From: Macrostomum lignano
Taxonomy: Eukaryota
NCBI GenBank assembly: GCA_002269645.1
Contig: NIVC01000169.1
Coordinates: 496,001 to 560,000, forward strand
Length of the DNA: 64,000 bases
Reading direction: 5' to 3'
Below the pieces are notes generated by a model that saw nothing but the letters and a program-made list of their open reading frames with translations, was not told the origin of the DNA and made no database searches. Below, in pieces: positions 1-12,095 of this stretch; the stretch's first letter is position 1; every line of letters starts with the position of its first letter. A program made the translations under genes and the position numbers.

Positions 1-164
1 TTCTACGAGTATTTATAGCTAAGCGAAATTTTTCACTGATTGACTAAACGCTCTACAAAATTTTAAATCTTTAGCTCTAACAAACAAATCTGTTCAAAAT
101 AGATATCTTTCAGAAATGCAAATTTATATTTTTTGTTTGCTTTTTTATCAAAAAGAGGGTAAAG

Positions 165-1040
165 TTCGGGAAGACAACTGAATTGGGGTAAAATTCGGGA
201 AGAGAACTGAGTAGGTGGTAAAGTTCGGGAAGAGAACTGAGTAGGTGGTAAATCCGGGAAGAGAACTGAGTAGGTGGTAAAGTTCGGGAAGAGAACTGAG
301 TAGGTGGTAAATCCGGGAAGAGAACTGAGTAGGTGGTAAAGTTCGGGAAGAGAACTGAGTAGGTGGTAAAGTTCGGGAAGAGAACTGAGTAGGTGGTAAA
401 GTTCGGGAAGAGAACTGAGTAGGTGGTAAACTTCGGGAAGAGAACTGAGTAGGTGGTAAATCCGGGAAGAGAACTGAGTAGGTGGTAAACTTCGGGAAGA
501 GAACTGAGTAGGTGGTAAACTTCGGGAAGAGAACTGAGTAGGTGGTAAATCCGGGAAGAGAACTGAGTAGGTGGTAAATCCGGGAAGAGAACTGAGTAGG
601 TGGTAAACTTCGGGAAGAGAACTGAGTAGGTGGTAAAGTTCGGGAAGAGAACTGAGTAGGTGGTAAAGTTCGGGAAGAGAACTGAGTAGGTGGTAAAGTT
701 CGGGAAGAGAACTGAGTAGGTGGTAAACTTCGGGAAGAGAACTGAGTAGGTGGTAAACTTCGGGAAGAGAACTGAGTAGGTGGTAAACTTCGGGAAGAGA
801 ACTGAGTAGGTGGTAAATCCGGGAAGAGAACTGAGTAGGTGGTAAATCCGGGAAGAGAACTGAGTAGGTGGTAAACTTCGGGAAGAGAACTGAGTAGGTG
901 GTAAACTACGGGAAGAGAACTGAGTAGGTGGTAAAGTTCGGGAAGAGAACTGAGTAGGTGGTAAAGTTCGGGAAGAGAACTGAGTAGGTGGTAAAGTTCG
1001 GGAAGAGAACTGAGTAGGTAGTAAAATTCGGGAAGAGCGG
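165..1040. repeat. 31-bp minisatellite (AAGTTCGGGAAGAGAACTGAGTAGGTGGTAA), GMPPA intron 3
   Basis: Direct tandem copies with 30/31-bp variants. Confidence 0.95.
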
Positions 1041-1152
1041 CAGAGAAGAGCTTGAGAATGTTACACAGTCGAGAATTACAACTACGCAGCATCTCGCTAT
1101 CCTGCAATATTGTCAACAGTGAAAAGAATCTATATATATACGGAAGCCTCAC

Positions 1153-3007
1153 CCAGCGGTTTTGACCTGACTCCAGAAGCGGGTCGTGACGTAAGCAAAT
1201 AGGCAGTTACGACTAGCCAATGGCTGGAATACCTCTTGTTCCATCTGAACGCACTCGTTGCACTGAGAGGACAGATCGAAGCTGCAAGGAATAGATTTAT
1301 AGATTATTAATGCATGCATAAGGCGCAGTTGTTAATATTTTGTAAAAACTCAAAACTTAGAACGTATGGAGCAGAGTTTCTCACGTGAAATGTGCATCTT
1401 TGTGCACTTTAACGGCCGATTTTAAGTATTGAAAAATGCTGGGGCTGAGTATGTACACGCCGCAATTGATCATTGTGCTGACAAATGTGGCCGGCTTCTC
1501 TACATAGTGCATTATCTGAATAGGAGTTTCATTGTTAGATATATGGTATATAGACACCTGACTTGAATTCAAATCAAGGTGAAAATGTTGATGAGGATCA
1601 GTGCTGTATTGTTGAGCTTTTCAAAAGTACCCAAGCCTATGGGTTTCTCCTTAATGGTTATTCTGACGGATCTACGGGATCTTATAAGAACGGGGTACAG
1701 AAGAGAGTAGGGGAGAGCGGTAGAGAAGAGAGCAGGGGAGAGCGGTAGAGAAGAGAGCAGGGGAGAGCGGTAGAGAAGAGAGCATGGGAGAGCGGTAGAG
1801 AAGAGAGCAGGGAAGAGCGGTAGAGAAGAGAGCAGAGGAGAGCGGTAGAGAAGAGAGCAGGGAAGAGCGGTAGAGAAGAGAGCAGAGGAGAGCGGTAGAA
1901 AAGAGAGCAGGGGAGAGCGGTAGAGAAGAGAGCAGGGGAGAGCGGTAGAAAAGAGAGCAGGGGAGAGCGGTAGAGAAGAGAGCATGGAGAGCGGTAGAGA
2001 AGAGAGCATGGGACAGCGGTAGAGAAGAGAGCAGGGGAGAGCGGTAGAGAAGAGAGCAGAGGAGAGCGGTAGAGAAGAGAGCAGGGGAGAGCGGTAGAGA
2101 AGAGAGCAGGGGAGAGCGGTAGAGAAGAGAGCAGGGGAGAGCGGTAGAGAAGAGAGCATGGGAGAGCGGTAGAGAAGAGAGCATGGAACAGCGGTAGAGA
2201 AGAGAGCAGGGGAGAGCGGTAGAGAAGAGAGCAGGGGAGAGCGGTAGAGAAGAGAGCAGGGGAGAGCGGTAGAGAAGAGAGCAGGGGACAGCGGTAGAGA
2301 AGAGAGCGGGGGAGAGCGGTAGAGAAGAGAGCAGGGGACAGCGGTAGAGAAGAGAGCAGGGGAGAGCGGTAGAGAAGGGAGAGGGAAATATCTGGCAAGA
2401 CGGGGGGATTAAAGTTCGGTGAGAGTGACAGAGAAGAGCTTAGAAATGCAAACTAAACCCCCTAACCAGTCACATGTACATGTAGGCTAAGCTTCACCTC
2501 GTCCGTGCCCTTCCGTATGACCGCGCAGCCGTACTGCACGCTCTGAGACCTAGTAGCCTCCGTGCACATCACAGTATAGGTCCCGGGCCTATGCTTAGCC
2601 AGCATATCGGCCAAAGAGAAATCGCAGCAGACGTCAGAGTTCATAACAAAGAAGGCGGCCGGATCGCCCAGCATAATCTGGTCCCGGAAATGATACAGAC
2701 CGCCCGCTGTGCCCAACGGCGTGAACTCCTGCAAATAGCGCATCCTGATGCCGAACTTGCGCTGGCATTCGTCAACAAACTGGCTTAGCTGATCTTTGGG
2801 ATAGTAGCCAATCAGGATGATCTCTCGCATGCCAGGCACGGCTGCGCACGCCTCAACGTGATGAAATATCAACGGATAGCCGCCGATGGACATCAATGGA
2901 ACCGGCTGGTCGAGTGACAGCGGACAAAATCTCGTTCCTTTGGCCGGGCCGCCTAGCAAGATAACGGCTTTGTAGGTTGCCTCGGGATTCGAGTCGCAGG
3001 CTGGCAT
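1153..3007 (-). CDS. GMPPA: Mannose-1-phosphate guanyltransferase alpha (regulatory GMPP subunit), 5' three exons; gene continues left of the window
   Basis: Exons 3007-2498, 1515-1385 and 1281-1153 with GT/AG boundaries and consistent phases (0,2,2). Motifs: KAVILLGGPAKGTRFCPLS (the GGP.KGTRF insertion typical of alpha, not beta), YLQEFTPLGTAGGLYHFRDQI, HYVEKPATFVSTMINCGVY, QMEQEVF...FWSQVKTAG. Confidence 0.92.
1697..2400. repeat. 25-bp purine-rich minisatellite (AGCGGTAGAGAAGAGAGCAGGGGAG), GMPPA intron 1
   Basis: Period 25 seen directly. Confidence 0.95.
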
Positions 3008-3159
3008 GCTTGCTGTGCTTTGGGCGCTGCAATAGCGATATTAATAGTAATAATAATAACACTGCATACATCCGTCTATTGTTTATGATAGAGGCACCGG
3101 GGAACAGAGGGGGGGGGCAGAAACAGAGGGACAGCTGTCCCCTGGTATTGACATTGTTG

Positions 3160-4975
3160 CGGCCTGTGGCTCTAAAATCTGGCATGTGGCGCTTAATTCT
3201 GGCCTGTGACGCTAAAATCTGGCCTGAGGCGCTAAAATCTGGCATGTTGGCGCTAAATTCTGGCCTGTGACGCTAAAATCTGGCCTGAGGCGCTAAAATC
3301 TGACATGTGGCGCTAAAATCTGGCATGTGGCGCTAAATTCTGGCCTGTGACGCTAAAATCTGGCCTGAGGCGCTAAAATCTGGCATGTGGCGCTAAAATC
3401 TGGTATGTGGCGCTAAAATCTGGCATGTGGCGCTAAATTCTGGCCTGTGGCGCTAAAATCTGGCCTGAGGCGCTAAAATGGCACTAAAATCTGGTCTGTG
3501 GCGCTAAAATCTGGCCTGGGGCGCTAAATTCTGGCCTGTGGCGCTTAAACCTGTCCTGAGGCGCTAAAATGGCGCTAAAATCTGGTCTGTGGCGCTAAAA
3601 TGGCACTAAAATCTGGTCTGTGGCGCAAAAATCTGGTCCCTGGCGCTAAAATGGCACTAAAATCTGGCCTGGGGCGCTAAATTCTGGCCTGTGGCGCTTA
3701 AATGGCGCTAAAATCTTGTCTGTGGCGCTAAAATTTGGTCTGTGGCGCTAAAATTTGGTCTGTGGCGCTAAAATTTGGTCTGTGGCGCTAAAATTTGGTC
3801 TGTGGCGCTAAAATGGCACTAAAATTTGGTCTGTGGCGCTAAAATCTGGCCTGGGGCGCTAAATTCTGGCTTGTGGCGCTTAAATCTGTCCTGAGGCGCT
3901 AAAATGGTGCTAAAATCTGGTCTGTGGCGCTAAAATCTGGTCTCTGGTGCTAAAATGGCACTAAAATCTGGTCTGTGGCGCTAAAATCTGGCCTGGGGCG
4001 CTAAATTCTGGCTTGTGGCGCTTAAATCTGTCCTGAGGCGCTAAAATGGTGCTAAAATCTGGTCTGTGGCGCTAAAATCTGGTCTCTGGTGCTAAAATGG
4101 CACTAAAATCTGGTCTGTGGCGCTAAAATCTGGCGCTAAAATCTAGTCTGTGGCGCTAAAATCTGGTCTGTGGCGCTAAAATCTGGCCTGGGGCGCTAAA
4201 TTCTGGCCTGTGGCGCTTAAATGGCGCTAAAATTTGGTCTGTGGCGCTAAAATGGCACTAAAATCTGGTCTGTGGCGCTAAAATCTGGTCTGTGGCGCTA
4301 AAATCAGGTCTGGGGCGCTAAAATGGCACTAAAATCTGGTCTGTGGCGCTAAAATTCTGGCCTGTGGCGCTTAAATGGCGCTAAAATCTTGTCTGTGGCG
4401 CTAAAATTTGGTCTGTGGCGCTAAAATGGCACTAAAATCTGGTCTGTGGCGCTAAAATCTGGTCTGTGGCGCTAAAATGGCGCTAAAATCTGGTCTGGGG
4501 CGCTAAAATCTGGCCTGGAGCGCTAAATTCTGGCCTGTGGCGCTTAAATGGCGCTAAAATCTTATCTGTGGCGCTAAAATTTGGTCTGTGGCGCTAAAAT
4601 TTGGTCTGTGGCGCTAAAATTTGGTCTGTGGCGCTAAAATCTGGCCTGGGGCGCTAAACTCTGGCCTGTTGCGCTTAAATGGCGCTAAAATCTTGTCTGT
4701 GGCGCTAAAATTTAGTCTGTGGCGCTAAAATCTGGTCTGTGGCGCTAAAATCTGGCCTGTGGCGCTTAAATGGCGCTAAAATCTTGTCTGTGGCGCTATA
4801 ATTTGGTCTGTGGCGCTAAAATCTGGTCTGTGGCGCTAAAATCAGGCCTGGGGCGCTAAATTGTGGCCTGTGGCGCTAAATTCTGGCCTGTGGTGCTTAA
4901 ATGGCACTAAAATATGTGTGGCGCTGTGTGGCGCTAAAATTTGGTGTGTGGCGCTAAATTCTGGCCTGTGACACT
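3160..4975. repeat. About 20-bp minisatellite (GGCGCTAAAATCTGGTCTGT) between DCTN6 and GMPPA
   Basis: 1.8 kb of tandem variants. Confidence 0.95.
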
Positions 4976-5669
4976 AAAATGTGCCCTGTGGCGCTAAAAG
5001 GACACCAATATCTCGCCTGCAGTGCTTTAAGGCAATAAACATTATAGCCAGTGAAACCCTTGCCCTCTTTCCCTTGCAAAAAACACACTTCCACGGCGGT
5101 GCCTGTCAATATGGTAAACGCAATTAAGCCAACACAATTATTTGAAATGTATTTTGTACTGGAGATTACCAATACTAAAATGAGCAATAACAGCTTGCTC
5201 TGAGTGTAAGGCTTATTACACATATATTTCTGTAATATTTTATTACTAAACAAAGTTCAATATAATGCTTTGTGATCAATAGTATATACACAAGGATAGA
5301 TAAGCAGACACCAGGTGCAGGTATATTGTTAATAAGCTTTATTAATTATAATAGACTTATAGCATAACAAAATTATCAGAACTAAGACGGTAAGCGAATC
5401 AGTTTAGAAAATTACACCAAGGAATCTAATGAACAATGAAATTAGTAGAGCTGTCACCACAAAGCATTAAAAAGCAACCGAATTGGTGTTAACATAATAT
5501 CCATACTAGTTAAGTTGTTCACAGAAACATAAGACTTTCTTCAATCTGCAACCGGTAATTATTAATTTCCACTTGCGATGGTTTTATTCACTAAGTTGAA
5601 TTTTTTAAAAACTTAATGACTAAAAACTACATTAGAGTACTAAGTCAGGTTGTCTTTGCAGGCATTAAT

Positions 5670-6060
5670 CCAACTTACTAATCCAAGTTACTAATTTAAG
5701 TTACTAATTTAAGTTACTAATTTAGGTTACTAATCCAAGTTACCAATCCAGCTTACTAATCCAACTTACTAATCCAAGTTACTAATCCAAGTTACTAATC
5801 CAAGTTACTAATTTAAGTTACTAATTTAAGTTACTAATCCAGGTTACTAATTTAAGTTACTAATTCAAGTTACTAGTCCAAGTTACTAATCCAAGTTACT
5901 AATCCAGTTTACTAATCCAAGTTACTAATCCAAGTTACTAATTTAAGTTACTAATAAGTTACTAATCCAAGTTACTAACCCAGGTTACTAATCCAGGTTA
6001 CTAATCCAAGTTACTAATTTAAGTTACTAATCCAGGTCACTAATCCAGGTTACTAATACA
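5670..6060. repeat. 13-bp minisatellite (GTTACTAATCCAA) downstream of the DCTN6 stop
   Basis: Tandem copies. Confidence 0.93.
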
Positions 6061-6120
6061 AGTACAACTCAAGCGTTAATAAAATAAGTTTACGAGCTAC
6101 AATATTGCAATCTCAAGCGA

Positions 6121-6723
6121 TTAAGACGGCCTATGCTGTTTAGCGGCGGCCGCTGCGGCAGAACTCGCGCCAGCCTTTTTAATATGATGAAAGTTGGGCA
6201 AAATCTTAGCCAAAAAGTCCAATTGCAGAGTCTGAGCTGGCGGCTTCTCGCTGACCACTTTCCGATGACTGGCGGCTCCGTAGACCACGCAGTTGTCTGG
6301 CAGGACCTCGCGGCCAGTGACGCTGCACATTGCGCCAATAGTACAGCCATTGCTAACAACAGTGTCACGTGATACAAAACTGCGCGCCTCGAGTACGTTG
6401 AAATCGCCAACTTTGACCGCCTCGCAACGGGAGCCAACCTCGAATATGTTCTGCGATCCAATTATCATCACCTTCTCGTTTGGATTGCTCTCGTCTGGCC
6501 TATTATGAATGACGGCAACCTCTTCAATTAAATTTCCATCGCCAATGATGATTGGCCCAGCCTCGGCTAGGATTCGCGCCTTCGGATGGATAACAGTTCG
6601 CTGGCCAATCGTGATGTCGCCTCGCAGTTCGCACTCGCTGCAGACGACAGCGCCTGGCGCTATTTTCACGCTAGTTCGAGACATTTCACTGATTTTAGGA
6701 TTGGCTGCGCTTAAATTTGACAT
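6121..6723 (-). CDS. DCTN6: Dynactin subunit 6 (p27), single exon, 200 aa
   Basis: Left-handed beta-helix hexapeptide repeats; [48 protein letters not shown] and C-terminal [20 protein letters not shown] match p27 family motifs. Confidence 0.95.
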   Translation of the reverse strand: MSNLSAANPKISEMSRTSVKIAPGAVVCSECELRGDITIGQRTVIHPKARILAEAGPIIIGDGNLIEEVAVIHNRPDESNPNEKVMIIGSQNIFEVGSRCEAVKVGDFNVLEARSFVSRDTVVSNGCTIGAMCSVTGREVLPDNCVVYGAASHRKVVSEKPPAQTLQLDFLAKILPNFHHIKKAGASSAAAAAAKQHRPS

Positions 6724-6944
6724 TGAAATTGAAATTGAAGCTCGTTATTGCAGCCAGTTATAGGCATTGTATCCTAGCCTTTTAACTCTTATTTCGAATC
6801 AATTCCCTATTTATTCAGACAAGCGGAACATCAATTCAGACACTCATGCAAGCGTAATGGTGCTTGTCTTAATTGATTTTCTGTAAGCACTATGCCAGAT
6901 GTGCAACCGAAAGCTCAACTGCTACTATTGAGTGGCGCATTAAA

Positions 6945-7165
6945 GGCTGCGTACGGCTGTTCAGTCCAATGACTGGGGGGTCGCCACACACACACCCTCA
7001 ATTACCTCAGCTAATGCTGGCACCCATTTTATAGCTGGGTGAACTGAAGCAATGCAGAGTTAATTGTCTTGCTCAAGGACACAAACTGTTTCGAATGAGA
7101 TTGGGAATCGAACCTCCAACCTTCAAGTTGTGAGTCTGATGCTCTAACCACTGGGCTACAACCCC
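6945..7165 (-). mobile_element. tRNA-derived SINE with CORE-like body, copy 1
   Basis: Minus strand: A box TAGCCCAGTGGTTAGAGC, B box GGTTCGATTCC, then TGTGTCCTTGAGCAAGACAATTAACTCT...CTTCAGTTCACCCAGCTATAAAATGGG. A second copy lies at 60846-61027. Confidence 0.8.
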
Positions 7166-10100
7166 ATATGCTGCTAAGTGCAAGCATAAGTCCAGAGCAA
7201 AAGTGTCTATATGGACAAACCTGCATGTTCCTAACTGATTTACTCAAATAGAAAACCCTATGCCAAGACCTTTCAAATGCAAAACAAAAATAGCAAAAAA
7301 GACAAAAAAGAATCTTTTGAAATCAAGCATGATAGCTGAGGCCAGGAGTGAAAACACAAAGGAAGAAGTGCAAAATGAACTCCTTAGAGAGGAAGGCTAA
7401 GAATGGACAGCAAAAGATGAGGAAGCTGAAGGTCCAACATTCCCAACAGGCCATAGAAACTTTGGCTCTGACTGAATTGAAAAGGTTCTATTTAATATGA
7501 AAGGTAGTTTGCCTTTATTATTGATTTTCTGAAATCCTTGCGTAGTATAGTGCTTACAGAAAATCAATTTAGACAAATATCCTTATGTTTGCATCAGTGT
7601 CAAACTTGATTTTCTATTTGTTTAAATAAGAGTTTTTTCAAAAGTAGGAGATAACAAATAGTACTAAGCATTTATCATATACCAAACTTTACTCAGAAAA
7701 ATTGCAAAAAGCTATATTTATAATTTAAAATAAAAATTCAATATGAAGAAATGACAAAAATGAATATAAAATATGACAATATATGAGTTTTTAATGCACT
7801 ACAATATAAAGCAAATTAGTTTATGAGCAAGTTCTTTAGCTTTCTAGTCTCTAGCAATTTATAGATCTAATTTGCATCCAATAGATATATAAATATAGAT
7901 AAAATATAATTGACTTTTATCTTTATTAGAATAATCTGTCTCATTTTCAAAATTTTCTAATGTCCTTTGCAACTGATAGGCAATGGAGGCAAATTTTTCT
8001 ACAATGCTAAATATTTATAAAAATGTATAGGTTAAAGTTTTGCATTATGGGGCTATTATATAAAAGGAATTGTAACAAATGAGTTATTATAAAATAATTT
8101 AAGAGATAAAATAACATACTTAAAACACTTATTATTTTATCTTTAATATTTATGTCACATTTTCATACTTTATGTTTTATAATATTTCTGTTGCATGCTA
8201 AACTTTTAGGCTATTTTTGTAGCTTATATTAGGCTTTATGCATCTATAGATTTTTAAACTTATTCTAATAGAGACTATATAAAAGGAAAACTAACCTTTC
8301 TTATTGCCTACTAGCCAATTTCCATCTAAACTTTTATCTAAAACAAAAAAGTCTAACTTTATTATTTTGAACTTAGATATTTAGATGTCCTATAATCTAA
8401 CATTATCCGGCAATTTCCTAGTTTTGCATGTTTAATTATTTTCTATTTGAAATTGCATGTTTATGTGGCACAGTTGTGCTAAAGTGATGTGGCATATATT
8501 CTATAGTTCTCGTAGTCTATAGTCTATGGAATAAAGGTCTGAGGGTGATAAGAGCGAAGGTGATGGCGAAGGGAAAGGATTAGCTGCAAATATTGAAACT
8601 CAAAACATGGCTAGTAGACTTCCAGCGCCTACAACAATTGTGCCACCTACAGACTTATGCAATCCAATCAACCTCTGCACTCTTGAGTGTACTATGTGAG
8701 AGATGGCAGCACTGACCATTGATAAGGAGACTACCATAAACGCTGACTGTTCTGCAACCACATATTTGGCAACTTTCTATATTAGGTGCAACACTACTAT
8801 AGCATTTAATACCCCTTAATACCCATTTAAGAAACAAACTATTGACATTACAAAATTTTATTGATATTTAGGCCTAACTACCAGTTTTTAACTTGTTCTA
8901 TTGCCCATTTGTTTTTGGGCCACATAAATGCACAATTTCAAATAGAAAATAATTAAACATGCAAAACTAGGAAATTGTTCATTATCATATTATGTTATAT
9001 TTGATTGGATAACAATGTATATTTTTATTGTTTTTGTGAAATAAAAAGTGCAAGTAATATTGATAGTTAAGGGAAAATTACTAAGAAAAGGAATTGTTAA
9101 GTGATCTATCTAAAGATTCAGTTTAATCAATGCTATGCTAGTGAATTTTATAATGGGCAAATTACCAAACAAATATGTACCCCTATCAAAAATTTCTATA
9201 GGTCTACCTACCCCTGGCCAAAATGTCTATTCATTCAAATGTTTAGTTGCCTAAAAATAGTTATTTTTATTTATTTTTGTAGCATTTTTACTACATATTT
9301 GCATTTCATCTGCAAGTAAAAAGGCTTTTCAAGTTTTGTATTGAAGTATTGCAGAGCAAATTTAAGATTTGGATAGATTTAACCAGCTTGGCACTTTGGC
9401 AGCCCTTGAACTTGTATCCTTGACTGTTTGCGCCTGTGATAATAATTCGGAATAGAATTCAAGTACACATATAGGTAAGCCCTATATGTGAATTTAAGTA
9501 CACATATAGGTAAGCCCTACACATATAGGTAGTATAGTATAGCAGAGAGCAAACTGTTTAGTACAAAACAGTTCTGATGGTAAGAGTGCACGTAAAATAA
9601 TGTATAAAATACGTGTGCTTTATTAGTACCAAGCAAATCAATGTAAGTATACGACATTATATGTATTAATATACAAAATACTAAGAAAGAAGCTTTTGGC
9701 TTTCGGGGGGTCATGACACGACACCATGCAAGCTTGAAAGTATAACGTTTCTAAGAAATTTCTGTATTTCACTGTCAACTCAAATTCGCGCTAAAATCGA
9801 CTCGTAATAATCCAACAATTACTCCTATATTAAGATAGCATAGCTCTTCTCAACGATTAAGAAGTTTTTGTTTTGTGCAAGAAAATAAATACGAATGAAG
9901 GAACTTGTTTAATACTTTCAAGAAAGCCTTGACTGTATTTTGTACTTGTCGTGAGAGAGTCTCGATTGAATTTATGTGAACAATTATCTATCCGAATTAT
10001 CGGTCCGGCAAAAAAGCATCGTAGTATATAAGTTGGCCCCAGAATATCAATATGTTACTCCAATTTGACCACAAAATTCTAAAACCGGAAAAGGGCAGTT

Positions 10101-10570
10101 GGACGAAGCACGTAAGATTGATCTTAAGATAAGAAGCCCGACAAATAAATTTTAAACAGTGTATGATGTACAAGAATATGCAAAACATATTCTAGAATGC
10201 GGCTGTCTATTTACAGTACTTATTTTAGTATAGGGGATTATGACGCATCCTGGTTAAAATAACTGACTGGTTATTTCATTTGGCTAGGTGCGTTAAAATT
10301 AATCACGGCAAAACTTACTCGCGTTATTTTAATTATTACCTATCATTACTTATATTACTTAAATTTATATTTAGCTAAATTACGATCGGCTTAAAATAGA
10401 TGCTCGCAATTGGTTGCGTAAGTCTACGTAAGTGACAGTTGGCAGTTACCATAAATTATGCCAATCTTCCAAAAGTGTGTTCGCTTTAATTGCGCAAAAT
10501 TTTGTTTTCACAATAGAAAAATCTATATGTACAATAGAACACACAAATCTACTAGGAAAACTAAATGCAG

Positions 10571-11414
10571 AGAAGCCAGGAAAAATCTGTGTGGTTGAGC
10601 ACACAATAAAATGGTGCAATGGTTCGAGTAGTGAGGCGTGGAAAGAAAAGAAAGAAAGGGGCGCCCGCAGGTATGCAAAGGTGAGGACGAAAAGCAAAAT
10701 ATAGCTATACACATGTATGTATTATTTGGCTCACCGAGCTGCTAGGTAGAAAGGCAATGCAGCCTGCAGGTGTACGCTCCAACCCAGTGTGGCCAATTTT
10801 CTATTTTGTCTCGGTTGTCTTGGCGCTTCAAGGCGCGATATAGTCTTCTTGCGCTCTTCCTTTTCTCTCTCTGCATGGTTTCTCACCCTCAACTCCACTG
10901 GCCATATTAGACTGAGACGCGAGTAGTATTAGCAGTATACCGCACATGTGCCTGTTCCTACAGGCCCCGTGTTCAAGAGCTGACGAAGATCGAGGAGAGA
11001 AACGGAAAAAAACAGGACGAAGTGGCGCTATTAGTTTGGCCCAGACGCCACGCCCCTTCGCGTCCAGTGTCCCCGCCAGTGTTAGGAAAGTAAATAATAA
11101 AGTTGCTGGCTGGATTCTCTCGGCGCTTGTCTAAACCCTGCATACAGATTTGAAGCCGCTTTGACAGTTCTAGTTCATATAGTCCAGGCCCCAGCTCTGG
11201 AAACGGAGCGGATCGGTTGAGACACCTCCTGTCCCCAAGGTTTCCGCTGGACCACTCGGAGACGGCGCGACCGACGGCGGCGGAGTGGGGAGGAGACGAG
11301 TCCGTCGAGACGGCACAAATCGCTCCGCCACGGTGCGTTGACCTCGAATTTCAGGACGCTCAACAACAGAGGAGGCTGGACTGGCAATCGGACGAGGCTG
11401 ACTTCTACTGGCTG
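10571..11414 (+). CDS. Candidate upstream exons of the uncharacterised gene at 12957
   Basis: Phase-consistent chain: exon ending 10670 (CAG|GTATGC, phase 2; its start is uncertain), 10964-11089 (phase 2/2, PRVQELTKIEERNGKKQDEVALLVW), 11168-11414 (donor CTG|GTGAGT, phase 0), joining 12957 in frame. No homology recognised and no start codon fixed. Confidence 0.35.
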
Positions 11415-11569
11415 GTGAGTTTTGTGTGCTGTCTGGCTTAATCGATCTGAGCTTAAAGTCTAGTTTCAGCAGAGTGAGAATTAAACTGTTAGAGCATGCG
11501 TTGCAGCAAGCAAAGCGGCCGACCCTAGCTCGTAGAACCAATTCTGGCCGCGATTCTGACGTCTGGTGA

Positions 11570-12095
11570 CACCAACTGTAGCATCCACCGTACCCAGTTG
11601 TATAGCGTCCATGGCACCTTAGTTGTAGCGTCCATGACACCTTAGTTGTAGCGTCCATGACACCTTAGTTGTAGCGTCCATGACACCTTAGTTGTAGCGT
11701 CCATGACACCTTAGTTGTAGCGTCCATGACACCTTAGTTGTAGCGTCTATGGGCACCTTAGTTGTGGCGTCCATGGCACCTTAGTTGTAGCGTCCATGGC
11801 ACCTCAGTTGTAGCGTGTCCATGACACATCAATTGCAGTGTCCACTGATACCTTAATTGTAGTGTCCAACGTACCTTAGTTGTAGTGTCCACCGTACCTT
11901 AGTTGTAGTGTCCAACGTACCTTAGTTGTAGTGTCAATGGCACCTTAGTTGTAGTGTCAATGGCACCTTAGTTGTAGTGTTTCCATGACACATCAATTGC
12001 AGTGTCCACTGTACCTTAATTGTAGTTTCCACCGTACCTTACTGTAATTGTAGTGTCCACCGTACCTGAATTGTAGCGTCCATGACATCTTAGTT
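11570..12095. repeat. 23-bp minisatellite (CATGACACCTTAGTTGTAGCGTC)
   Basis: Tandem copies, degenerating rightwards. Confidence 0.9.

Noticed and set aside
6945-7165. Genuine tRNA gene (also 60846 and 30840)
   Set aside because: A/B boxes are present but there is no complete cloverleaf, and the shared downstream body indicates SINEs.
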